In this document: positions 20,358-38,391 of the stretch, piece by piece
Numbering within the stretch: position 1 is the first letter of the stretch
How the letters are laid out: each line of letters begins with the position of its first letter
Assembly (NCBI RefSeq): GCF_009914755.1
Contig: NC_060943.1
Length of the DNA: 64,000 nucleotides
Source: the human T2T-CHM13v2.0 reference genome, Homo sapiens
Direction: 5' to 3' (one strand)
Program-made: the position numbers and the translations under genes
Notes under the pieces: generated by a model
What the model was told of the DNA's origin: nothing
Databases searched by the model: none
The model's input: only the letters and a program-made list of their open reading frames with translations

Positions 20358-20544
20358 CTCCACTGGGGCCAGCAGCATCCGAGCCAGCTTCTTCTCTGTG
20401 GCAGAGATGATCTTTTTCAGGCCTCCTCCGGCCATGGCCCTCTCCTGCTTCTGTTTCCAGAGCTCCCAAGTCCCTGGGATGTGCTCCAGCTGCTAAGAGA
20501 GGCCTCGAAGGTTGGGTGATGTGGCCTCCACTGTCCTCCTGAGC
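20358..20544 (-). pseudogene. Fossil apolipoprotein A-IV-like coding block 2
   Basis: LKKIISATEKKLARMLLAPV versus APOA4 [19 protein letters not shown], preceded by frameshifted ITQ/(T)FEA resembling IDQTVEE; collinear with block 1. Confidence 0.5.
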
Positions 20545-20584
20545 AACCACCCCACCTACCCTCATCCTTCAGCTCCATTACATT

Positions 20585-22330
<1,746 letters not shown>

Positions 22331-22479
22331 GGAAACCTTCTTCCCTTTCTAGCTGCAGCACCCCCAGTCTGGACAGCATATGGAAAGCACTGAGGGGAAG
22401 CCCCACTAAGCACAGAACCCTGCTGGCCACCCAAGACCTCAATACAGATGGACAACATGAAGCCCCTGGCTTAGGGGAA

Positions 22480-23715
<1,236 letters not shown>

Positions 23716-24888
23716 CAAGAGCAGCATCTTCAGGGCGACCCAATGCCCAGTGCCCCTGAGCTGCTCCACGGGGAGGGGGCTGAGCGCACAGCCTGCATCC
23801 CATCCATCGTTTCCTGGCCTTCGTGACTGGGTGTCCATGCACAATCCAGTCCCTGTCTCTGAACCTCAGTTTCCACACTGTAAACCAGGCATAGATACAC
23901 CACCTCAAGGGTGGTGGAGAGGGCTGGGCTGGCTGTTTCTGCTTAATGCCCCCTCATGTTTCATAAAGGACCCCATGAACTGTGATGAGAGTCACTGTTC
24001 ATTATCATGATGGCTTCCAGTACTTACAGCAGTCAGCACTAATATCATGCACATCATCAGCACTTGGCATGAATCCCCATTCATTACAGATCAGCATTAA
24101 TTGAGTTGATGCTCTGTGCCCGATACTTGTACACTCATAACATGGATTGTTAATTTAATTGAGACAACCACAGTCTGAGGTCAGTGATATCACGATCATC
24201 TCCACTTTCCAGAGAGGAAGCTCTGCTGGTAAGGTGCGGAGCAGGGGTTCAAACCCAGGTGGTCTGGCTCCAGGGCCAGGTGTGCCCAGGAGCAGGGCTC
24301 TTCCTGGGTGTCCAAGGCCACCTTGTCTCCAGGAGTGTAACCGTGTTTCCAGCCACTGAAAACTTGGATTAAAGCCCAAAGTAAACTTTCCCTTTTCTGG
24401 CTTTGAGGTGTGGTGTTTAAATTCAGAGACATTCTCCAGGAAAGCAGAAACTTCTTGGCTAAAATCCAAACCTAGGGAATTTATTGCAGAGATGGGGACG
24501 TGGTTCTCATTTCTGCCCATCTCAGAGTACAGATTAATTAACTCAGAAGATTCAAAAGATTATATTTTCCATATTCCTTGCTGAACATAATATTATACCC
24601 TTTTCTCTCCAGTTTTATGCTTCTTTTTTTCTTGGTGCTAAAGAAATTGTAAACCTTTGTCTTAAAACTGGAGTCCCTTCCAACTGCTGGTGACAGAAAT
24701 CCCAGCAAGATAAGAAGGAGCAAATGTCCCCGCTTCCCAGACAACTTGAGATGTAAGCAGATCCTATTCAGCATCCTACAATGTTCTTGCAAAGATTATT
24801 TCTGTCAGTGGAGCTCTGTAAAACACCCAGACTCCAGAGACCATCACTTGGTCCTGTGAAGGTACCCTCTTAGCCTTCAAATATCTGA

Positions 24889-25116
<228 letters not shown>

Positions 25117-25324
25117 TAGCCAGGATGGTCTGGATCTCTTGACCTCGTGATCCGCCTGCCTCGACCTCCCAAAGTGCTGGGATTACAGGCGTGAGCCACT
25201 GCACCCGGCCTTACTTACATTTATTAATTCAATGCCCAGGACATAATGTGTAAATGGACAACTCTGTTGTCTAGAATTTATGCAAATACTTGTGATGTTT
25301 GTTTGTTTATCTGGAAAATGGCTT

Positions 25325-25835
25325 TTCAGGGAGGAAAAGCTTTTCCTCTACCCACTTAGGTTCAGTATCTGGGGTCTTGTGAATTTTACTAACAAAAGAT
25401 CAATTTTAAAAAGGCACACAATTTTCATTAATATTTACATGCATGGGAGTTCACAGAAAAGAAGTGAAACTCAAAGAAATGGTTAGACTTGTGGGGCTTG
25501 TATACCATTTTAACAAAGGAAAGGGGTTTGTTCTTCAAGGGAAGGTCCATCATGGGGAAGTGACCTAGAAATGCCTGGGAAACTGATGGAGATGCAGGGT
25601 CTTTTAGTGAGGTCTGTCTATGCACACTCATCTCAGTCTCCAGGATGAGCTGCCTTTCTTTATCATCTGGGTAGAAAACACCTTCAGAAAAGGAAATTTA
25701 TGCTCTCTGCTTTTAGGTAGATAAGGGGAGGGCAGACCTCTTCCCGTATCTGTTGATTCTCAAAGGCCTTAAGCTCAAAATAATCCTTATACAAATGTGG
25801 CGAATTTTGGGGTGACTTAACTTGATCCCTTTCAG
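25325..25835. mobile_element. ERV1-type LTR (MER31/MER67-like)
   Basis: gctcaaaataatccttat...aattttggggtg...gatccctttca end. Confidence 0.55.
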
Positions 25836-25929
25836 GCCACTGATGAGTCCATCTTTCCCCACCCAGGTGGAGGTAAGAAAAACCTGTGATGTGGCTGCAT
25901 GGATTTCTTATTTAAATTTAGAGTGTCAC

Positions 25930-26075
25930 TAACAACCATTTATCAATTCATTGGGCACTCCCTGAGCCCCTGCTCTGTGCCAAGCCCTATGCTGAATGAT
26001 ACTGAGACCCCAAAATGAATGAGACCCATCCATGCTCTCAAGGACCTCCCATTCCCAGGAACGGCACAGACAGGA
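25930..26075 (-). mobile_element. L2 3' fragment
   Basis: cctgctctgtgccaagccctatgctg...aatgaatgagac...ctcaagga. Confidence 0.65.
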
Positions 26076-26104
26076 CAGGGTGCTCAGACCCATAAGAGGG
26101 TGTG

Positions 26105-26418
26105 GTGACTCTGAACTCAGGTAGGCTGAACGACGCCTCTCAGAACTCCCTTCCCTGTAGGTTCCTGTTAGGTTGGGAGCAGGACACACCTGCCCAAAGC
26201 AGCTGCCGTTGTGCATTTCATGCTGGGGAAATCCAGGCAGGAGCCTCCGTGGCTCAGGTCCAGGTGTTGCTCATCTGCTAGCTCAGCTGGTCAGCCTGGA
26301 GCAGCAGCAGGACCTGAAACTGCTCCACCTTTACGCCAATCCTCCTTCAGCTTCTCCACCTCCTGAGCCAGGTGTGCATTGAGCTCTGTGACAAAGTTCA
26401 CTCCTGCAGGTCCCCTGC
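26105..26418 (-). pseudogene. Fossil apolipoprotein A-IV-like coding block 1
   Basis: AGDLQE / FVTELNAHLAQEVEKLKE / IGVKVEQFQVLLLLQADQLS*QMSN versus APOA4 AGDLQK / [18 protein letters not shown] / [25 protein letters not shown]; two frameshifts and a TAG at 26280-26278. Confidence 0.72.
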
Positions 26419-27107
26419 ACCACCAAGATGAGGCAGCAAGAACAGAGGTAGGTTCTGTGGGTCCCGAAACCTTCCACCTTGTGTAAACTCCCGGCCTGCC
26501 CTTACTCCCCACTTTCCATCCATCTCCCCTTCCCCAGGGCCTGCCCTGCAGACTTGGAGCTCAGGTCAGATGCAGAGCCCACAGCCTCACAGGCTTCCAT
26601 CAGCCAGAAATGGGATCCTGACAGATTCCACCAGCACCAAGTGGAGAGATATTTAGGTATTTAGGGGTCTGAGTGAGGGGCAAACTGGCCTGCCTGGGGC
26701 GGCAGGGAAGGTTTCCTAGAGGAATTCCTGCTATTCCTCATTGCGCTTCCAAATTTTAGTCGTGTTCCACTTTTACGATCTGAATAGCCCTTGCACTATT
26801 ATTTACTCAAAAATTTTCCTTAAAACAACTCACTGTTTTTCTGTAGCCTCATCTTAAAACAATAATGTTTATCTAATCATGGGATTAATATGATATTTCC
26901 AATTCTTTTACTCTAATAGGCGCTTAATCACAAGCATAGCCTGTAACGCTTTTTAACAACTGTCATGTGTAACCCCTTAGAATCATCTCACATGCCTTCC
27001 ACCACTGACACCTGAACCCTATTTTGGGAACCACTCCTTTAGGTGCATCCTGAAGGAGGAACAGAGGTTTACATGGAACCAAATGGAGGAAGGGAGTTTT
27101 GTGCTGA

Positions 27108-27577
<470 letters not shown>

Positions 27578-28221
27578 TGTTTTCAGCTTTTTATTATGAA
27601 GCTGGGTGATTGTGACTTGGTGAGTCTCATGAGGTTGGAGTGAAGACGCTAGCCAGGTGCAGTCATCTGCAGCTTTACTGGGCCTGAAGGGTCTGCTTTC
27701 TAGAAAGGTCACTCACATGGCTGACAATGTGGTGCTGGCTAGTTCCTACCTCAGGGCCTTTGCACTTGCTGTCCTGTGCCTGGGGTGTCTTTCATCTACT
27801 CTTTGTATAACTGGACCCATCCCATCCTTGATGTCTTTGCACCAATGCCACCATCCATGACCTCTGATGCCACCAAGTTACTTTCTTACACATCATCCTT
27901 TGTTTTCAACTTTTTAATATGAAAGATTTCAAACATCCAGAAAAATTGAAAACATAATACCAAGAATACCCACATCCTCTCCTTATATTCAAGTTTAACA
28001 TTTTGCCATATTTCCTCTGGTTTTTTTCTGAACCATGTCAGGGTAAATTGCAGACATCAAGACACTGTGTCCTTGAGTACTTTAGCATGCCTCTCCCCAG
28101 AATGACTAGCCCACAATACCGTGATCACGCCTGAGAAAATCAACAATAACTCCCTAACAGTATCTAATACATAGTCCATTTTCAATCTTCACCATTGTTC
28201 TGCAAAATATCTTTTCCATGT

Positions 28222-28933
<712 letters not shown>

Positions 28934-31900
28934 CCATGTATATTTTTAAACGGGGATACAATCAAGACTAATGCTTTGTATTTGGTTATTAAGTATCTTT
29001 CATTCTACAACAGTCCCCCTCCACTACCCATTTTTTTCATGACTGCTAAAGAAAAGACAGAAGGCCCAAAGTGGAGTCAACTTATGCTAAAGTTGCACAT
29101 CATCAAACTGAAACCTGCGTTGTTTACTAGTAAGATACGTCCTTCCAGAAATCATGAGAGAGATTATAGCCAAATCCCATTAAGCCAACAAGATTTTGCT
29201 AAAATCCCTATAAAGGGAAGTAACTTTGAGATGACAGATTGGCTATTTTTTCCTTGTTCCTGCTTTCTTTGGCTTTTTTCTGCCCATAAAACTCACCAAA
29301 TCCCTTTAGCTCAATAGCGCTCCATTCTGTTTTATAGATTGAATGCCGCCTAGTTCATGAATTGCTAATAAAAGCCAATTCGATATTTTACTCTATTTGC
29401 TGAAATTTTGTTCTTTGACATGACATAGACTGTGAGGAGAGCAGACATGTTGTCTTATAGAATGCCCACATTCTGAATTTGTTTCCTTATGGTGTCATTT
29501 CACTGACTTCACTCTAAGCCCTCTATTCTCTATAAATCTCAAAGTGAATCCCAAAGCTTGAGTAAATTCTGGTTGCATTTTTTTTAGGCAAGAATACTTC
29601 ATGAGTGATGCTATCTACATTATATTGGATTATATCAAGTTGCAATAGTTATATAGCTATTATTCCTGTGTGATATTTCAGTGACTTAAAGATTGATCCA
29701 TGGGTTCAGGTGTTGTCAGCCTGATTCGTGTGTTGTCAAGTTGCCCATCAACTTTTTGCTTGATGGTTTTAGAATGATCTAGGCAATGATGATGATCATT
29801 GCCTAGATCAGTCATTTCATTAAGCATTCCAAAATGGCAATTATCTAATTTTTAAATTCCTCCTGCATTTTTAAAAGCTAGACTTATTTTTCTCTAATGA
29901 AGAAAACTTCCTCACTCGTGATTTGGTTACCTTGAAGTGTTGTCTGTTTAGGAAGTTACTGTGATACTTGATTATTTTCCTTCATATACTAGCTTTGTGA
30001 GCTAGTTCCCTAGCAACCTCCAAAGTAAACTGATGACATTTTAAAAGTATTATTATGAAATATAGATTTTTGTATATTTTAAGTGTTTCAATCCATTGCA
30101 TCCACACTTTCTTTTGATGCTCGAAATGTCCCACCTTTGTTTGAAACAGCCCCTCCAAGTTGGCTCCTATGTCCTATTTTTTTTTTTTTTTTTTTTTAAA
30201 GACGAAGTTTCACTCTTGTCAGCCAGGCTGGAGTGCTGGAGTGCAATGGTATGATCTCAGGTCACACAACCTCCACCTCCCAGGTTCAAGCAATTCTCCT
30301 GCCTCAGCCTCCTGAGTAGCTGGGATTACAGGTACAAGCCACCATACCCAGCAAATTTTTGCATTTTTAGTAAAGACAGGGTTTCACCATGTTGGCCAGG
30401 CTGGTCTCGAACTCCTGACCTCAGGTGATCTACCCGCCTCAGCCTCCCAAAGTGCTGGGATTACAGGCGTGAGCCACCAAGCCCGGCCTCCTATGTCCTC
30501 TTGACATGACCCTTGTAGTATATGATAATTTCCTGCTTTGGCATGGAAAATATCCCAGGCTCATCTTACATAATTCTTACTTCATATCTGAAATCAGGCA
30601 TGTCTCCAAGGAGTCTTGGAGAAGATTCATTTTTGTGGGGAGTGGTATTTTTAGAGACTACAATTTAAATACTAAGGGTGCTGTTTGCTACTGTTAGCAG
30701 ATACAGCTAGAAAAAGACATACTTTTTAGAAAAAGAAATGCTTTTCCTGAGTTCACACTAGTATTTCCCATGCAAATGAAAGATTCTTGGGTTTTCGTTT
30801 AAATGCATTGGTTTCATATTTGTATCTCTTTTCTCTGGCCCTGATGCATAATTACTTATTTGCTATTTGTTTCAAAATAGTCATGCAGCTGTTTGCACTA
30901 AGAATAACAGTACTGAATGCAGTTTAGATTTCTTTCATTTATTTCAATCAGCAAGATCTATCTCACTAGAGTTGTCCAGTCATTGTACACAGGTAAAGTA
31001 GCTGGAAATAATTTTCCTCTGTGTTACTATGCCACCAGCTTTCCACCCAGATTCATTTCCACCAGTTTAGTTTTCACTTTTAGAGATGGCTTAGCTCTTG
31101 TGTTTTAAATTTTATTTTGTTTTTAATAAGGTAAAATATTTACCTGGTTACACAATCAAACTATTAAGCAAAAGGCTTAATGGTTTATGTTCCATCTCAG
31201 GCCCCTTTTTTTCCCTCCCTCCTCCTATAGGTGAATCAGTTTGGTTTTGTTGTTTATTCTTCCACTGCTTCTTTCAAAAAGCATAGGCAAATATGTTTTT
31301 TTAAATATTTTAAAAGTGTATTTGTCTTTTAACTAGCCCACAGACCCAATTCTTTGAGGGCTGAGCTGATTTCTGACACATGTTCTATAGGCCCTCCTCT
31401 TGGAAACTTACTTTCTATCCCCTTCCAAAAAAGTCTGCACCTTCCATCATGATGCACATTTTAAGTTAAAATTGCCAATCCAAGCCTCAAAATGCAAGTT
31501 TATTGAATAAAGCTGAGAAGAGCAGTAAACAGACAAAAAAATGCATCCACCTAAATAAAAAAATTCACATATTTACATAATTCAGTAACTGTTAAAAGTT
31601 TTCACACACAGAGGTTAATGCACAGGAAAATGCTGGTAATAGCATCTAGGTGTCTTGAAACGCTGAAAGCAATGTATAGACACACAAACACATTAAGGTT
31701 TAGGTATAGGTCAATTAACAAACCTATACAGTCCTCACAGAGTCACACACTCTAGTTCCAATTCCTCCTTTTAGGCACAAGCAAGTTGTCACATTCTTTG
31801 TAATGGTTCACTTTGACCATTAATGGTATTGAACAACAGCAGCAAGTTTAAATACCCTTTCATTTACAGAACCATCCATCCCATCAGGGAAATATGCAAC

Positions 31901-32957
31901 ATGCTTCAAAGAATAAGAAGAGAACTTTGGGCCAGGTGCGTGGCTGAGGGCCGGGAGTGGTGGCTTGCGCCTATAATCCCAGAATTTTGGGAGGCCAAGG
32001 CAGGCAGATCTGAGGTTGGGAGTTCGAGACCAACCTGACCAACATGGAGAAACTCTGTCTCTACTAAAAATACAAAATCAGCCGGGTGTGGTAGCAAATG
32101 CCTGTAATCCCAGCTACTCAGGAGGCTGAGGCAGGAGAATAGCTTGAACCCGGGAGGCGGTAAGCTGGAGATTGTGCCATTGCACTCCAGCCTGGGCAAC
32201 AACAGCAAAACTCTGTCTCAAAAAAAAAAAAGAGAAAACTTAAAAGCCCAGATTCTACTCATAAAAATACGAATGGAGAAAAGCAAGTAGTGTCTGTGCA
32301 ACACAGTGCAGTATATTGTACAGAATATTTTTAAGGCCACGGCAGTCTATGAATTAAAACTGGTATTCATTAAAAGAACTTACTGTAGACTAAACTCTGA
32401 GTGCTCAACACGTTTGGAAATGCAGTCTACATAAGTGCTGCTTAACAAAAGAAAAAATCACACGCAGTGTGAGGCAACACATAAGCGGGTGTCCCATAGT
32501 GTTTAAGCTACTACAGTGGTCTATATGAATAATAATTTACAACTGAACCAGTATGAATATGTCCCTTTATGTATACAGAAGTCACTAAACTACAAAACAT
32601 GTTCATTTGAAGTTTTTAGACATCTCTGTATCATAGAAGCAAACGAACAGCATCAGTTCCTCAGTTCTCTGTGTGATTGATTATTAACCTGTAGATGTTG
32701 AACATGATTACATTAGATTAAGCAGGCAGGTCTAGAGTTGTCACAATAATCAAGATGTCTAATGGCACCAGTCAAAAGAGTGCCAAACCTTACATCAATA
32801 AAAGAGAAAAATAAAATTTTGTATTTGTTTATAAGTATCTTTTGTGCTGAAAGTCAACTTTATGGCTGGATGTAAAAAGTCGGGAATTACAGTGTCATGC
32901 AGCAGCACTGGTTTAATGACTGGAGATAGAACAAACAGATGTTTGAACTAAATCTGA

Positions 32958-33255
<298 letters not shown>

Positions 33256-33712
33256 TAAATCTGACATTCTTAACAGTTTTTATTATATTGGGTGGAATGC
33301 TCTAAATTCATGAAAGCTTTTGAGAAAATCTTCAATTCTTAACCCCTTAAAAAAGTATGCTGAACCAGAAAGAAAAAACAAAAGATAGAAATAATGATCT
33401 GGACAGATGCAAAACAGCATGCGTTAGTTCCTCCCATATCCCAACTGCCATCTGGCGATAAAGAGTTCTCAGAAAGCAGAATGTCTTTAATATCCCTCAG
33501 GTAGGATCTCACCAGTGTAAAGAATCAACATTGATCTGGTGCCTCCACTCACTCTCTGTGGACCGTATTGGATTCCTAAGATGTAATTATACATTTCACA
33601 TGCATTTGTGAGATAAGATAAACATTATGTTTACATATATCCCACCTGAGTCATTCAGGCTTAAAGGTTTTCTAAATACTGTGTGCGGCACTAGAAACTT
33701 CATGCTGTATCA

Positions 33713-34059
33713 GTGAATTATCACAAGGACAGAAAACCAAACACCACATGTTCTCACTCATAGGTGGGAATTGAACAATGAGAACACTTGGACACCGGGG
33801 CCTGTCTTGGAGTTGGGGGCTGGGGGAGGGATAGCATTAGGAGAAATACCTAATGTAAATGACAAGCTCATGGGTGCAGCAAACCAGCATGGCACATGTA
33901 TACCTATGTATCAAACCTGCACGTTGTGCACATGTACCCTAGAACTTAAAGTATAATAATAATTTAAAAAAGGAAATACCAATATTATTAGCCTTTAACC
34001 CTAATTCAGAATAAACTAAATGTTCTAATTGATTTTAAAAAAAAAAAGGAAAAAGAAAA
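33713..34059 (+). mobile_element. 5'-truncated L1PA 3' end with 65-bp 3' transduction
   Basis: L1PA 3'UTR to about 33971; unique 33972-34036 with AATAAA at 34010; second A tail; 20-bp TSD agaaacttcatgctgtatca. Confidence 0.88.
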
Positions 34060-34213
34060 AGAAACTTCATGCTGTATCAAGTCAATGTCAGTATTAAGCT
34101 ACTGGACTCTATGAAATATTATAGATAGACATTTACTGAAAACCAATATAAAAATCTGGCCCACAAAGACCAGAATGGAAATATCCAATTTTCTTGATTT
34201 AAGATGGTCAAAA

Positions 34214-34576
<363 letters not shown>

Positions 34577-35539
34577 TCATCTTCAGCAGTGCACGTGAGA
34601 AGTAAACTCTGAAAAAGGCAATTTCTTGGGTTTAGGAAGGACTGTATTCTGGGAATTACTTCAGAGGAATGGGCAATAATTCTAGGATTATACCCAAGAA
34701 GGACTGGAAGCCTTCAGGAGATGCTTCAGCTTCTTCTAGATTTTGAATGCTCAATAAGCCACTGAAATGTGATATCTATATTATATTACATATGTTTATG
34801 TATTAGCATTTCACCCCTCTTTGGAAAGGGATAGCATTTTAATATATAATCTACTACAATTTGTTTGTTATCTTCCAACCTTTTATTTTGAAAGTTTTCA
34901 AGCCCATAGAAAAGGTGGAAGAATTGTACAATGAACCCCTTATATATTTCACCAAGATTCACCAATTGTTAACATTTTGCCACATTTGCTTGATTGATTT
35001 TTTAATTTTTTTCTATCAATCTAGATACATGTGTATGTATGTGTGTGCGTGTATCCTAATTATTTGCCTGTGTATACACAGAAAGAAAGAATGAAAAATA
35101 TACATAATAATAAATTATATATATGTTAGGTGAATATATAAATATATATATACTTAAGTTGTGTGCACTTTACTCTGTTTTTTATGTCATAATTTAAAAT
35201 TTTAAAATATATAAGAAATAAATAAGCCTGAAACAAAGGTATTTTCAGCAAAATAAAAATAGAGACACTTCATCAACAGCTGATTCCCACTGAGACATAT
35301 ATTTCAGAAAGGAGAGAACTGATCACAGATAGAAGGTATGGGACGCAAAAAGTAATGAAGAGAAAAGAAAGTGGCAAATACACGTTAAAATGTAAATGTA
35401 CTTGGTATAAATAGTGCTAATGATATCTAGTGGGATTATACAAAGATACACTAAAAATTCCCTGCAAGGTTAGTTAGTATGTAATTCAGGGTGAGTAGGC
35501 AAATTGGTGAAGCTAAGTAAATCTAAGGTCATTTTATTA

Positions 35540-35983
<444 letters not shown>

Positions 35984-35986
35984 TTA

Positions 35987-36358
<372 letters not shown>

Positions 36359-36879
36359 TCATGTAATAAGAAAGCCAGCATATAAGAGGCAGGAGGATCA
36401 CTTGAGGCCAGGAGTTTGAGACCAGCCCGGACAACATAAGGAGACCCTGTCTCTACAAAAAAAAAAAAAAAAAAAAGCCAGATGCCTGGCTCACGCCTGT
36501 AATCCTAGCACTTTGGGAGGCACCTTGGGACTGTTGAATTAAAACAAAACACAGCTTAGGCTGCTGTGGGTATTGACGACTTGTGATTTCTGTGCAGGGC
36601 ACTGAATGTCAAAGTGAAGGAATTCAATGAAGCCCGGATCAAGGGCAGGAGCAACCGTGACCCTCTTAAAAGAGCCAATGCCCCATGTAATTAGTGACGC
36701 GCGCGAATGGATAGACGCTATTCCCACCGTCCCTACATAGCATCCAGCGACACCACAGCCAAGGGACAGGCTTGGCGGAACCTGCGGGAGAGAAGAACCC
36801 TCTGAGCCTGATTGAAAGGCGGTGAAGAGACAGGAGAGGGGGATCGGTGGGCGGTCCCGCCTCCATCTTCAGTTCCCGC

Positions 36880-36894
36880 ATGGGGGCGAGGCAG
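36880..36894 (+). CDS. TEX101: Upstream coding bases (MGARQ) of the long 267-aa TEX101 isoform, inside the 28S rDNA pseudogene
   Basis: ATG GGG GCG AGG CAG|gtacat is a phase-0 donor that joins 46256 in frame: MGARQ+[13 protein letters not shown]+249 aa = 267 aa, matching the long isoform as I remember it. Confidence 0.8.
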
Positions 36895-37277
36895 GTACAT
36901 GGGCCTTGCGGGCTGTGGGTGAAATTCCATTATTAATTGTTTTTTCACTAACCTGGTGGGGGAGTCGGGCGCGAGTTTCGAGAGAGACTCTGGCTTCTGG
37001 CGCCAAGCCTTAGCCAAGCTCACCAGGGGCAGCGCTAGATGGGGAGACTGGGACACACGTCTGAACGCAGATGTCCGAAGGGAGCGCAGGAAGACAGAAG
37101 CCTCCCGTTGGGCAGGAGGGCAAAAGCTCCTGGGTCTTGGATTTGCAACAGGAGTTCAGACGGTGAAAGCAGGGCCTCAGGATCCTTCTGACCTTTTGAG
37201 TTTTAAACAAGGGGTGTCAGAAAAGTCGTCACAGGGATAACTGATTTGCAGCAGGAAAGCATTCATAGGAATGAGGC

Positions 37278-37916
<639 letters not shown>

Positions 37917-38391
37917 TTAGACCATGTGAGACAGGTTGATTTCACGCTAGTGAGCATGCGTGGTTGCCATGGTGCTCTTGCCCAGTACCACAGGTCCCCA
38001 GGTTCAGACGTTTGGTGCCTGTGCTTGGATGAGGGACCACTGGGCTAAGCTGCCATCCGTGGGATGCTGACTAAAGGCCTCCAAGTCAGAATATGCCCAG
38101 GCAGAACTATAGGGCAGCGCCATGAAGCCTCGGCTGGCCTGGGATAGCCGGTCGTCGCCAACAGGACGCAGTGCAGCAGGGTTGAGGCCCCATGCGGAGA
38201 GCTCATTGTCTTGGGAAACCGGCAGTGGGAAGGGTGGCCGGCCCCTCGCCCTTCACGCAAGGCCCATTCGTGGGGAACCTGGCGCTAAACCATCCCTAGA
38301 GGAGCTGCTTCTGGGTCCGAGTTTTCTCTGCAGCAGAGTGGCTCCCTGGATGGGATCTGTTGAAAGTTAGCCCTCCACACAGGCGTGTGTC

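Noticed and set aside
26336-26385. NAHLAQEVEKLKEDW resembles the CEP250/rootletin motif NKALREDVEKLTVDW
   Set aside because: APOA4 explains a longer collinear stretch on both sides, and the DW arises from reading through a frameshift.
36655-36680. I-PpoI/R2 target region of 28S
   Set aside because: Degenerate here (ccctcttaaaagagc versus ctctcttaaggtagc) and no inserted element at the site.
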